From Flavobacteriales bacterium (GTDB taxonomy: Bacteria > Bacteroidota > Bacteroidia > Flavobacteriales_D > Crocinitomicaceae), in contig CANGLG010000001.1 of the NCBI GenBank assembly GCA_947454395.1, positions 1 to 59,607 on the forward strand: a stretch of DNA of 59,607 bases, given 5' to 3'. Positions 1-9,114 of this stretch are shown here, one piece after another. The position numbers and the translations under genes are program-made. Within the stretch, counting starts at the first letter, position 1. The number at the start of each line of letters is the position of its first letter. The notes under the pieces are model-generated. The model worked only from the letters and a program-made list of their open reading frames with translations. It ran no database searches and had not been told where the DNA came from.

Positions 1-197
1 ATATCAAATTCATCATACACCTTATACTTATTCATTTTTATTAATTCTAAGCGCATCATTTTAGAACCTGACTCCGGTTTAATACTCAATGCATTTACAT
101 TTGGATTTGCAACAGCGATTGATGGTAAGTTTTCGTTTTGAGCTTTCAAACTGCTCAAACCCATTAAAACTGAAAAAAAGAAAATTTTTGTTTTCAT
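1..197 (-). CDS. hypothetical secreted protein, N-terminal fragment (gene continues past the left window edge)
   Basis: ATG at 197-195 opens MKTKIFFFSVLMGLSSLKA|QNENLPSIAVANPNVNALSIKPESG..., a typical signal peptide with Gln at +1. The frame stays open to base 1. Not in the ORF track because it has no stop in the window. Confidence 0.6.
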   Translation of the reverse strand, partial: MKTKIFFFSVLMGLSSLKAQNENLPSIAVANPNVNALSIKPESGSKMMRLELIKMNKYKVYDEFD

Positions 198-386
198 ACT
201 TTATATTTTGATGAACAAAGATTTGGCTATTTTTCACAAATAACAAAACTGTTTTAGTCAAGTAACAAATCTTTTTTTGCGTATTTCGCATATTTCGAAC
301 TTTAAAAAATCATATTTTAAATATTAATTTCATATTTTGCGTTTGTTAGAATAAGAAACTATTTTTACAATTAAAATTGTAATCCG

Positions 387-962
387 TTGATTGAAAAACT
401 AAAATTATTTCAAAAGCTAGTTTTAATTACCTTACTATATTTAGTTGTAATCCTATTAGAATATTGGATTCATTCAATTTGTCTAAAAACAAATATTAAG
501 TTACTCGAATTGGTTTTGACATTAATTGAATGTTGTGTTTTAATGTTAACGGGATTTTTTTACTTCCAAACATTTAAATACCATCGGCTTTGGAAAACGT
601 ATTATCGAAAAAGAAAATTTGAAACAACAAGCTATTTTAAATTCTTACTGGTTCCAGTATTTCAATTTATTCTTATAAATAGTTTCATGAGGCACATTAA
701 TCCAAGAGTATATTTAAAAGGCAGAAAAAGAGATTATATTAAAATACTTTATGAAGAGACAAAACAATCTGAGACTGCACATATCATTTCACTAATTGTC
801 ACGCTTCCAGTCCAAGTTAATTATTTTGTTTCTGGTAAAATATTTTGCTTTTGGTCGTTGACGCTCTTTAGTATTTTCTTTAACATCTATCCTATTCTAC
901 TTCAACGCATGAATAGATTTTTATTAGAATCTAGACTAAATAACCTGCTCAATGGAAAGTGA
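387..962 (+). CDS. membrane protein of the glycosyl-carotenoid acyltransferase (Staphylococcus CrtO / Chlorobi CruD) family
   Basis: Multi-pass hydrophobic protein. The C-terminal part EETKQSETAHIISL...NIYPILLQRMNR resembles the ETKRAELIHW...VPIIIVQRYNR signature of S. aureus CrtO as I recall it. The track start is TTG. The 3' end overlaps the convergent gene by 27 nt. Confidence 0.5.
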   Translation: MIEKLKLFQKLVLITLLYLVVILLEYWIHSICLKTNIKLLELVLTLIECCVLMLTGFFYFQTFKYHRLWKTYYRKRKFETTSYFKFLLVPVFQFILINSFMRHINPRVYLKGRKRDYIKILYEETKQSETAHIISLIVTLPVQVNYFVSGKIFCFWSLTLFSIFFNIYPILLQRMNRFLLESRLNNLLNGK

Positions 963-1667
963 CTTACCTTGTATTTCTGAATTTATTCCATTTAGTGCTC
1001 TAAAATAGAGAAACATTGAAACAATTAGTAGTAAATGACTGAAATCATTTTTATCAAAATAAGGGTGAATGTTGATCTTCAATCCTTGAATAAACAAATT
1101 AGGGACTAAAATCAAGGTACTCATCCAAAAAAATCGGAATGACTCAGTAATTCTCTTCTGATAACGGACGGAAAGTAATCCGAGAGTAAGGCCCAATCCA
1201 ATAAATGAAAAAACAGTTGGAAGTATCAATCCCTTTTGAGGATCATCGGTAATATTAAAACTATTTAATATGTATGCCTCGGCGGTGAGAAAAAAGACGA
1301 GCTTGATAGCTGCAATTTTTTTCAATGTTTTTCTCAAAGTTAAATTTGGATAAATATTGAGCATCGCATATTCAATTAGATAAGCCGAAAGTATTCCTGC
1401 AAACCAAGAAAAATATTTTCCTTTTACTCCCCAATAATTGAAAAATAAATGTCCAAGCCCACCCACAAAAAAACTAACTCCGAACATAATAAAAAACAAA
1501 GTCCAAAACTTAAAAAAAGAATTATTGTTTTTCAGTTTATATGTTTTAAATGCAAAAAACATTGCTGTAATCAGAATTATTGAATCTCCAATTAAAGCAT
1601 TGGGTTCCAAAAAATGAAATCCCATGAATTGCCATTCAAGTTTCGGAAAATCTTGTCCTATTAGCAT
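936..1667 (-). CDS. hypothetical multi-pass (about 7 TM) membrane protein
   Basis: ATG start at 1667 shares one base with the TAA stop of the upstream SDR gene (TAATG). Strongly hydrophobic with regularly spaced helices. No family recognised by eye. Confidence 0.65.
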   Translation of the reverse strand: MLIGQDFPKLEWQFMGFHFLEPNALIGDSIILITAMFFAFKTYKLKNNNSFFKFWTLFFIMFGVSFFVGGLGHLFFNYWGVKGKYFSWFAGILSAYLIEYAMLNIYPNLTLRKTLKKIAAIKLVFFLTAEAYILNSFNITDDPQKGLILPTVFSFIGLGLTLGLLSVRYQKRITESFRFFWMSTLILVPNLFIQGLKINIHPYFDKNDFSHLLLIVSMFLYFRALNGINSEIQGKSLSIEQVI

Positions 1668-2479
1668 TATTTATTCCCCTCCTCCATTTTTTTAATGTTC
1701 ATTAAAATAATTTTCTCTACAAGTAAAGGAAATCGTGCATGTAAAAAAGAATTTAGTTTTCCTAAAGTGGTCATCGTGGTTATGTAACGTCTTAGTCTAA
1801 TATTTTTCAAAACAGCCAAGGCCACCTCTTCCAATTTTAAGACTTTTCTATTTGCTCGAGAAGCAAGGATTTGTCTCGTACCATCAGACGCAACGGCCTC
1901 TTTATTGTGTACAATTTCTGTCATTCCTACTAATACCAATCCCACATGCACATCGTTTTCAGCTTCTTCAATACGAATTGATTCGGCAATAGCCCTTAAT
2001 GCCAATTTGGATGAACTATATGGAGCCAATGACGGTAGCCCTCTTATTCCGGCTAAACTTGAAACAAAGACAATACTGCCTTTTGTAGATCGAATCGATG
2101 GAAGAGCGGCAATTGTCGGATAAACAGAACCATAAACATTACTTTCAAAAACAATTTTAAAAACTTCCGGATTTAAATCCGCTACTTTGCCTCGGCTCGA
2201 AATACCAACATTGTTCACAAGAATATCTATTCTACCAAACCTTTTCAAAACCTCATCGATGAGAAATTGCGAACCTTCTATAGTTGAAACATCTGCAACT
2301 ATAGCCGATATGTTCTGGGAAATAAGGTTCATTTCATTCGTCGCTGATTCAAGTCGCGCTTGATCACGTGAATTCAGTACAACTATTATGTTTTGTTTTG
2401 CCAACTCCTTTGCAATTGCCAAACCTATCCCTCTACTAGAACCAGTAACAATGGCAACTTTCCCCTCAGAATTTTTCAT
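1667..2479 (-). CDS. classical short-chain dehydrogenase/reductase (SDR)
   Basis: Motifs VAIVTGSSRGIG, LVNNVG and the catalytic VSS...YSSSK. The track start at 2494 is TTG. The ATG at 2479 (MKNSEGKVAIVTG) forms an ATGA overlap with the CPBP stop. Confidence 0.9.
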   Translation of the reverse strand: MKNSEGKVAIVTGSSRGIGLAIAKELAKQNIIVVLNSRDQARLESATNEMNLISQNISAIVADVSTIEGSQFLIDEVLKRFGRIDILVNNVGISSRGKVADLNPEVFKIVFESNVYGSVYPTIAALPSIRSTKGSIVFVSSLAGIRGLPSLAPYSSSKLALRAIAESIRIEEAENDVHVGLVLVGMTEIVHNKEAVASDGTRQILASRANRKVLKLEEVALAVLKNIRLRRYITTMTTLGKLNSFLHARFPLLVEKIILMNIKKMEEGNK

Positions 2480-3234
2480 TTTCTTTTGTTCCAATTTACA
2501 TAATGTATTTCTGGATGAAACTTCAGAGCTGTCAAACTATTTGTCCAAGCTAAAGCAACATGAACCCAAAATGCAATCCAAATAGTTCCTGAAAAAAGTG
2601 TTAACAGACACAATACAATCCCCAAAGGTATAGCACCAATGGTTTCATCTAATCCTTTTGGAATGTGAGTTGCTGAATACATCGCCACATTTATTGCAAC
2701 CGCTGGCCAAAGCCCAAGTGTTTCATTTAGAGGAATTAGTAGAATTCCACGAAACAGAAATTCATAACCAAAAAGATAAATAACCCAACCAATTAAATTT
2801 ATATAAAAGATTTTTCTAGTCCACAATTTGGCTCTGATTTGAGGGTAATTCAAGAGGTTTTTTGGTTTTTTACCTGAAATATAAGCCAAAGGAATAACAA
2901 GAAGACTTAAGATAACTATCCACATTACAGAAAACCAGAAAGTTGAAGGCAGAAAACAGAGTCCAAAATATGCAGGTGATGTTTCCTCTAAAACTATTAG
3001 ACATACTAATAGTGGGAGAATTCCCATTAAGAGAAAACCCATATATTTTGTAAAGAAAATATGTTTTACCGAGGCGGCATCAAAATCGTTTTTATCATAA
3101 AACATTTTTTTTATGTTTTCCGATTGAGAAATAAACCAATAAGCAGTAAAACAAATCAACGTTAAAGCAATAGGCAAAACTGTTTTTAGATCTGTACCTT
3201 TCCAAGATAAATCTAGTTTTAAAAGAAGTACCAT
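2476..3234 (-). CDS. CPBP family (CAAX-type) intramembrane metalloprotease
   Basis: Polytopic membrane protein with GYEFLFRGILL (ExxxR motif), YSATH and VHVALAWTN motifs typical of CPBP/Abi proteins. ATG at 3234 lies 1 nt after the upstream stop. Confidence 0.8.
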   Translation of the reverse strand: MVLLLKLDLSWKGTDLKTVLPIALTLICFTAYWFISQSENIKKMFYDKNDFDAASVKHIFFTKYMGFLLMGILPLLVCLIVLEETSPAYFGLCFLPSTFWFSVMWIVILSLLVIPLAYISGKKPKNLLNYPQIRAKLWTRKIFYINLIGWVIYLFGYEFLFRGILLIPLNETLGLWPAVAINVAMYSATHIPKGLDETIGAIPLGIVLCLLTLFSGTIWIAFWVHVALAWTNSLTALKFHPEIHYVNWNKRK

Positions 3235-3235
3235 A

Positions 3236-4240
3236 TTAGTCAGTTAGATATCCATTTTTTTTATACCAATTCAAACATTTCTCAATTGCGTTTTCAATTG
3301 GCGTTTGAGGCATTTTCAATTCATCGACAGCTTTTCTTGGGTTGTAATATTGTCCGTTAGCAGCCATTCGCGCCATTGTATAGCTTATTTGAGGAGGCTT
3401 ATTTCTTATTCTGGCAATTGCAGAATTAAATAAACCAAATAAGAAAAGTAAAGCATTTGGGACACGAAACATCTTGAATTTTTTCTGAGAAACCTTCTCT
3501 ACTTTCTGAAAAAACTCTCCAAATGTCAAATTCTCATTTCCAGCAATGTAGCATTGACCAATATTTCCATGTCTCAAGGCATTTACTGTAGCTGCTGCCA
3601 CATCAAGTGATGAAACGAAATTTTTTCCTCCTGAAGTATACGCAGGTACTTTTCCCTTGTAAAACTCTAAAATCATTTTACCGGAGGATGGACCTGTATC
3701 AAAAGGACCAATCATAAAAGTTGGATTAACAATTATAACAGGAAATCCTTCTTTCTCATTCTTCTCCAAAAGAGCATTTTGAGCTAAGTATTTACTAGTT
3801 ATATAATCCATTTGATATTTACCACTATCATACTCCGTTGACTCAACGCCGGGATTTTCTTTAGGCCCAGCACCAAATGAACTTGCCGTTCCAATCTGAA
3901 CCATTCTCAACAGTTTGAATTTTTGTGCAACCTGAGCCACATTCATTGCTCCCTGAAAATTTACTTTCATTACGGATTCTGAAGATCTTGGCCATACATT
4001 TGTCAGAGCAGCTACGTTTATTACAAACTGACAGTCGGACATATTGGATTCCAAACCATTGATATCTAAAACATTACCTTCAATAATTTCTATATCCAAA
4101 TCACTAATAACACTAACTTTTCTATTCAGCATTACCATTGCTTTCACTTTGTAACCTTGAGAAAGTAGTTCCCTACAAATACTTGCACCTAGCATACCAT
4201 CAGCCCCTGTTACAAAAACTTTAAAATCTGAATTATTCAT
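3236..4240 (-). CDS. NAD-dependent epimerase/dehydratase-type extended SDR (dihydroflavonol-reductase-like)
   Basis: Rossmann motif VFVTGADGMLGASICRELLSQGY and YxxxK (YITSK). The track start at 4270 is TTG. The first ATG at 4240 (MNNSDFKVFVTG) is preceded by AAGGAGAAAATA. Confidence 0.85.
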   Translation of the reverse strand: MNNSDFKVFVTGADGMLGASICRELLSQGYKVKAMVMLNRKVSVISDLDIEIIEGNVLDINGLESNMSDCQFVINVAALTNVWPRSSESVMKVNFQGAMNVAQVAQKFKLLRMVQIGTASSFGAGPKENPGVESTEYDSGKYQMDYITSKYLAQNALLEKNEKEGFPVIIVNPTFMIGPFDTGPSSGKMILEFYKGKVPAYTSGGKNFVSSLDVAAATVNALRHGNIGQCYIAGNENLTFGEFFQKVEKVSQKKFKMFRVPNALLFLFGLFNSAIARIRNKPPQISYTMARMAANGQYYNPRKAVDELKMPQTPIENAIEKCLNWYKKNGYLTD

Positions 4241-4316
4241 TATTTTCTCCTTGAACTGAAAATTCTGCAAATATCACATTATTTTAGGAGAGGGAAATTT
4301 AATTTTTTGTAAAATA

Positions 4317-5327
4317 TCAGAAATACAAATCTGCTTCGATTTTTTTTCTGAAAGACAATATCATTTTTTCAAAATCATAGAAGTAATTGTTTCGTTCTTT
4401 TTCATTGACTTGACTTATCAAACTAGAGTTTGCTAGTTGCTTGTCAATGATCTGTTTTGAATCAGCAACATAACTTGGTGCATTTGTATGCAAATAGTTC
4501 ATTACATTATGTGTCACAAATATTCCATCTGATTCTTTGCTTGAATAATAAAACGTTGTATCAGAATTTACTGTTTCGTTGAGATACATACTAAAATCAT
4601 TTCCTGAATTTGGTGCAACCGTTCCGTAGATAAATTTTTTTCCAAGGGTTGCCTGTTCTTTCAAGTGCTTTGAAAACAATAGTGCTCTATCACATAAAAA
4701 CAAAGCATATTCAGGATCTTCAAACATGTGTGCCTTGTAATAATATAAAATCTGACGCATAAAACCACGCATGAGTTCTGGGTCAAAAATTTCTATTGAC
4801 GGAATGGAATTGTATAATTGTAGGATTTCCTTTCCTAGCTCAAAAGCTCGGTCGGAGGTTTTTTCATGTTTAAAATTTTCTTCCTTATAGGCTTCAATTT
4901 GTAAATGCGTTTTTGCCCAAAAAAATAATCGGAATCTGACAAGTTGAGGAAAATTTAAAATCTGAAAAAAATGGGTATTACTAACTGAAATATACATCTC
5001 TGGATTAGTTAATTTTTTAATTCGCTTAAACGATTCAGCGATCCCTTCCAAATAAGATTCTAAACTAAAATCATAAGTGTTTAATGGTGGATATTGAAAA
5101 ATAACTTTTCCTTCACTTAATTGCGCCAATGCATCAAATGAAACATCAAAATGCTGACAAAGTCTTTTCGTTTCTTGAATCGTAAGACTTGTCTCTCCGC
5201 GGTATCTCCTATAAACTGCATCCGGACTTAAATGTAAAATATCTGACAATGCATTTCCTAAAGAATCCTGACCACTAAGTTTGGTTTTTATTAATTTAAA
5301 TAACTCCGCTTGAATATCAGATTTCAT
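4317..5327 (-). CDS. helix-turn-helix domain protein with a large uncharacterised C-terminal domain (putative transcriptional regulator)
   Basis: The N-terminus LGNALSDILHLSPDAVYRRYRGETSLTIQETKRLCQHFDVSFDAL looks like an XRE-type HTH. The remaining 270 or so aa have no motif I recognise. The ATG at 5327 (MKSDIQ) lies 7 nt after the upstream stop. The longer track start would overlap the upstream gene by 70 nt. Confidence 0.65.
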   Translation of the reverse strand: MKSDIQAELFKLIKTKLSGQDSLGNALSDILHLSPDAVYRRYRGETSLTIQETKRLCQHFDVSFDALAQLSEGKVIFQYPPLNTYDFSLESYLEGIAESFKRIKKLTNPEMYISVSNTHFFQILNFPQLVRFRLFFWAKTHLQIEAYKEENFKHEKTSDRAFELGKEILQLYNSIPSIEIFDPELMRGFMRQILYYYKAHMFEDPEYALFLCDRALLFSKHLKEQATLGKKFIYGTVAPNSGNDFSMYLNETVNSDTTFYYSSKESDGIFVTHNVMNYLHTNAPSYVADSKQIIDKQLANSSLISQVNEKERNNYFYDFEKMILSFRKKIEADLYF

Positions 5328-5334
5328 TTTAGTA

Positions 5335-6372
5335 TTAAAATTTAAAAAACCAGCTGCACATGGGAATTGGAAAAGAACTAGTTCCAAATTTATCAAATGT
5401 AGCAACTCCAGCTAAAGCAATCTGAAAAGCTTTGTTTTCACTTTTCTGAAAGCGCATACCAGGCATCAAATATAGCGAAGTTTTAAATACTCTTTCTTCT
5501 TTTACTGTTGTAATTAAGGGTGAATAACTTTGAGTATTTGGATCGTATCCACCTGTTGAAGAACTATTTATTTCTTCTTGTTTATTGAATAATATCATCG
5601 AGTCAAAGAAAAAACTCGCTTTACTTCCAACTTTAAAAATACCTGCAATTGAAATTAATGGTGCTTTTCTCAAAGGAGCCATGCGTTGAAATGTTGGAGG
5701 GAAATTGGGTTCAATATATGTTCCTGTTCGTTCAATAGTTTCATCAACACCAGTTTTAACATACCCATACCCCGCGGAAAAAGAGACATTGTTTAGCCTG
5801 TCACCGTAAGTTGCCACTGCCCAATGTAATCCTCCAAACCCCTTGAAATTTGCCAGATATCCTGTTGTGCCTATCATTGTTCCCACAGCAAAATGCCATT
5901 TATTAATGTTTGACGGTAATGAATATTTTCCAACCAAGACAAACGGACTGGCAATCCAGGTGGTCATGACTCCCAATGAAAATCGATCTGAAAGTGAGAA
6001 ATGTACCTCAGGTCCATATAGATTTACCAACGCATAATTTTCACCCCGTTTTATTGGAAATCCATTTGTTGTAAATTGATATCGTGTTGTGAATGGACCA
6101 AGTGCACGATATTCTCCAAAAATAACTTCCTTTCGAGATGAGATTAATGTAATTGACTTTATTTCAGATTTATTGATGTAAATTTTCCCCAATGACTTCG
6201 TTTCAATCAGTACTTCTCGTCCATCATCAAATAATATTTTGCCAATATATTCTGAACCATCCACTTTAACAATTACATACGTATTAGTATCAACAGGATT
6301 ATTTTGAGCATGAATGTTAATGGAAATTAATAAGAAAATAAGGGCTACAATAAATTTAGATAATGATTTCAT
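5335..6372 (-). CDS. hypothetical secreted protein, probable outer-membrane beta-barrel with a small N-terminal domain
   Basis: Signal peptide MKSLSKFIVALIFLLISINIHA|QNNP. Alternating-hydrophobic, Gly/Tyr-rich body. C-terminal ...SWFFKF ends in an aromatic residue like a BAM beta-signal. The track start at 6390 is TTG and overlaps the -7 box, so the ATG at 6372 is preferred. Confidence 0.65.
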   Translation of the reverse strand: MKSLSKFIVALIFLLISINIHAQNNPVDTNTYVIVKVDGSEYIGKILFDDGREVLIETKSLGKIYINKSEIKSITLISSRKEVIFGEYRALGPFTTRYQFTTNGFPIKRGENYALVNLYGPEVHFSLSDRFSLGVMTTWIASPFVLVGKYSLPSNINKWHFAVGTMIGTTGYLANFKGFGGLHWAVATYGDRLNNVSFSAGYGYVKTGVDETIERTGTYIEPNFPPTFQRMAPLRKAPLISIAGIFKVGSKASFFFDSMILFNKQEEINSSSTGGYDPNTQSYSPLITTVKEERVFKTSLYLMPGMRFQKSENKAFQIALAGVATFDKFGTSSFPIPMCSWFFKF

Positions 6373-6387
6373 ATTCTTCTTTTCCTC

Positions 6388-6395
6388 CAAAATTA
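6388..6395 (-). promoter_or_regulatory. putative Bacteroidota -7 box TAATTTTG upstream of the barrel-like gene
   Basis: Matches TAnnTTTG, 15 nt before the ATG at 6372. Confidence 0.4.
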
Positions 6396-6447
6396 GATAG
6401 AGGAAAGAGGATGTATATTACATGAAAACCTTTACTTTTTGCAGTTA

Positions 6448-6720
6448 TTAAAACTTATAGAACCAACTGCACATTGGAATTGGAAAGGAGTAACTACTTA
6501 CTGCAGACAACCCATTAAAATCAGTAAATTGCCTTTTACCAAGTTTATCAGTATTAATTAATACCTCACGTCCATCATCACTAAGGATTTTCCCAATGTA
6601 TTCGTTGCTATCATTTTTCAGAATAACATACGTGTTGGTATCGACAGGATTGTTTTGTGCAGAGGCGATTCCTCCAAAAAATAACACAAAGAAAAATAAT
6701 ATTTTACAAGATTGTTTCAT
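6448..6720 (-). CDS. 90-aa mini-paralog of the adjacent barrel-like protein (signal peptide, N-terminal domain and last strand only); may be a gene remnant
   Basis: MKQSCKILFFFVLFFGGIASA|QNNPVDTNTYVILKNDSNEYIGKILSDDGREVLINTDKLGK aligns with the N-terminus of 5335..6372. FPIPMCSWFYKF aligns with its C-terminus. About 260 internal residues are absent. It has its own -7 box. Confidence 0.5.
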   Translation of the reverse strand: MKQSCKILFFFVLFFGGIASAQNNPVDTNTYVILKNDSNEYIGKILSDDGREVLINTDKLGKRQFTDFNGLSAVSSYSFPIPMCSWFYKF

Positions 6721-6731
6721 GAGATTTTTTA

Positions 6732-6739
6732 CAAAGTTA
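6732..6739 (-). promoter_or_regulatory. putative -7 box TAACTTTG upstream of the mini-paralog
   Basis: Matches TAnnTTTG, 11 nt before the ATG at 6720. Confidence 0.4.
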
Positions 6740-6798
6740 GAGCAAAAAATCTATTATTAAACTTACAGAAACTTTTAAAACTGGTAGTTCACTAATTT

Positions 6799-9114
6799 CT
6801 AATCTTCTAAATACGTTCTGTGAACTCTTTTTGAGATGGAGGTCAAGACTTCATAAGGGATAGTTTGCATCATTTCAGAAAACTCTGTTAATGGTTGATT
6901 AATCCCGATTATTTCAACCAAATCGCCCGTTCTGGCTTTTATTTTTGAAACATCTACCATTATCATATCCATGCAAACTCGACCAATTACGCTACATAAA
7001 TGATTTTGTATTATCACTTTTCCTTTTCCATTACTTAAACTCCTACGGAAACCATCCGCATATCCAACAGGAATAATTGCTATGAGTATGTCTTTTTCAG
7101 CAACAAATGACCTTGCATATCCGATACTTTCTCCTTTTTTCACTTGTTTTATCTGTGATACTGTACTTTTCCAAGAAACTACAGGTACTAATTTCTTCAT
7201 TAGAAGAGGATTTCCGCTTATTCCATACATTCCTATTCCAATTCGCGCCATATCAAATTGCGCTTCCGGATAGTTGGCAATTCCTTCTGAATTAAGTAAA
7301 TGAGCCATAAAAGGGAAAGAAACATATTGTGAAATAAGTTTACAAGCATCAATAAATCTTAGCATTTGTAAATCCGTAAAGCGCTTATCCCGTCGGTTAT
7401 CAGAATCCGCCAAATGTGAATAAACACCTTTAACTGCGATTTCGGGTTGCGCTTGCAGCATTTCCATTAATCGAGGTAAATCTCTGAAGTCAAAACCCAA
7501 CCTTTTCATTCCTGTATCGATTTTCAAATGAATGGGAAAATTCTGAATTCCCTGGGTTATTAATTCATGTAACAACTCTTCCAATTGCTCGAATGAAAAT
7601 ACAGCCGGTTCCAATTTATATTTTACACAATCTTCGAATCCTTCATCCATAGGATTCATAACAAGAATGGGTATTTTCACGCCTGCTTTTCTCAATTCAA
7701 CTCCTTCATCAGGATACGCAACACCTAGGTAATCAATTCCTTGTTTTTCAAGAAACAACCCCATTTTTTCCAAACCTGCACCATAAGATTGCGCCTTCAC
7801 CATCGCAAGCATTTTAGTTTTCGGCTTCAATTGTGATCTGAATACTTGAATATTATGCTTAATCGCTGATAAGTCAATCTCTACAAAAGTCTTATGTTTT
7901 TTCAATTTAAGCCTAGCTGCCAGTTTTTGCATTTCAGACTTACGCGTTCCCTTTACAAGAACTACAGCATTTGAAATGTCAAATTTTGGGAGTTTTCCTT
8001 GAAACACGAATTCAAAGTAATCCGGGCGAAACTTCAGAACCTTTCTTCTCACTTCCTCTTCAAGATGTTTGTTTGCTTCATCGATTCCAACCAAAACTAC
8101 CCTTCTTTTGCCTTCTGAGAGAGAAACTTGGTATTCCATTGAAAACTCCAATGCATCCAAGTCAAGATTATAGGTATCGTTAATTATTAAAGAATTCTCT
8201 ATTCCCTCAAACGTTTCCATGCGCATCGCAAGGCGAGGCAAATTTTTAATTTGCTCTATGTCAACAAAACCAAAGCTTTTTGAAGCTGCTATTGCAATCA
8301 TTGCGGACAAACGACTAGCCTTATCTTGAAACGGAACAAAATTCATTTCTTTTGAGAATTCTACAGGAATTATTTTAATCCCATGAATTTTATTCAATTG
8401 TTCTTTTGATATTGATATCTCAGAAGCGATAATTGTTTTTTTACATCGGACAAAAAGCTTTAGCTTTTCATTAAAATGTTCTATATCTGAAATAAACCCT
8501 TCAGCATGAGATGAACCATAAGAAGTGAAAATACCAAGATCCGGTTGAATCATTTTTTCGAGAATTTCCATTTCTCCTGCTCTCGATATTCCAGCTTCAA
8601 TGATGGCTAAATCTGCTTTTTCATGTAGCTCAAGGATAGATAGAGCAACTCCCAATTGGGAATTATAACTTTTTGGGCTCCGTATTATTCTAAATTTTGG
8701 AGAAAGTAAATGGTATAACCATTCTTTAACAGTTGTCTTTCCATTACTTCCTGTAACTGCAACAATTGGAAATTTAAACTTTTTACGGTGATTCGCAGCC
8801 AACTCCTGCAATGCGGTAAGTGTGTCTTCGACCAAAATATACGAAGCTGCCTTGTGTGGTTTATTTGGAACTTCTGATACAACAAATAAACGAACTCCTT
8901 TACGGTAGGCATCGTTCAAAAAATCATGTCCATTCCTTGATTCACCTTTAAGCGCAAAAAAAACTTGGCCATTTGCTCCACTTATCTTTCGAGAATCGTA
9001 TGCAATTTCGTTGATTGTTGATTTTCCTGGACCGCAATAATGCGAACCACCTATAATTGTGCAAAAATCCGAATATTCAATATTTAATTTCAAGTCGTTG
9101 CAATATGATAGCAT
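6799..9114 (-). CDS. murF/alr: bifunctional UDP-N-acetylmuramoyl-tripeptide--D-alanyl-D-alanine ligase (MurF) / alanine racemase (Alr)
   Basis: N-terminal half: DSRKISGANGQVFFALKGESRNGHDF and VTGSNGKTTVKEW (Mur ligase). C-terminal half: AMVKAQSYGAG (PLP-lysine motif) and GRVCMDMIMVD (alanine racemase). The track start at 9123 is TTG; the first ATG is at 9114. Confidence 0.9.
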   Translation of the reverse strand: MLSYCNDLKLNIEYSDFCTIIGGSHYCGPGKSTINEIAYDSRKISGANGQVFFALKGESRNGHDFLNDAYRKGVRLFVVSEVPNKPHKAASYILVEDTLTALQELAANHRKKFKFPIVAVTGSNGKTTVKEWLYHLLSPKFRIIRSPKSYNSQLGVALSILELHEKADLAIIEAGISRAGEMEILEKMIQPDLGIFTSYGSSHAEGFISDIEHFNEKLKLFVRCKKTIIASEISISKEQLNKIHGIKIIPVEFSKEMNFVPFQDKASRLSAMIAIAASKSFGFVDIEQIKNLPRLAMRMETFEGIENSLIINDTYNLDLDALEFSMEYQVSLSEGKRRVVLVGIDEANKHLEEEVRRKVLKFRPDYFEFVFQGKLPKFDISNAVVLVKGTRKSEMQKLAARLKLKKHKTFVEIDLSAIKHNIQVFRSQLKPKTKMLAMVKAQSYGAGLEKMGLFLEKQGIDYLGVAYPDEGVELRKAGVKIPILVMNPMDEGFEDCVKYKLEPAVFSFEQLEELLHELITQGIQNFPIHLKIDTGMKRLGFDFRDLPRLMEMLQAQPEIAVKGVYSHLADSDNRRDKRFTDLQMLRFIDACKLISQYVSFPFMAHLLNSEGIANYPEAQFDMARIGIGMYGISGNPLLMKKLVPVVSWKSTVSQIKQVKKGESIGYARSFVAEKDILIAIIPVGYADGFRRSLSNGKGKVIIQNHLCSVIGRVCMDMIMVDVSKIKARTGDLVEIIGINQPLTEFSEMMQTIPYEVLTSISKRVHRTYLED

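Noticed and set aside
79-291. Track ORF of 70 aa on the minus strand at the left edge.
   Set aside because: It is in a different frame from the ORF that starts at 197 with a clean signal peptide and runs to base 1. Its sequence is low-complexity with no start context, so I treat it as a shadow ORF.
279-300. Short direct repeat GTATTTCG-CA-TATTTCG in the divergent intergenic region at the left end.
   Set aside because: It has only 7 matching bases and no second occurrence in the window, so it is not distinguishable from chance.
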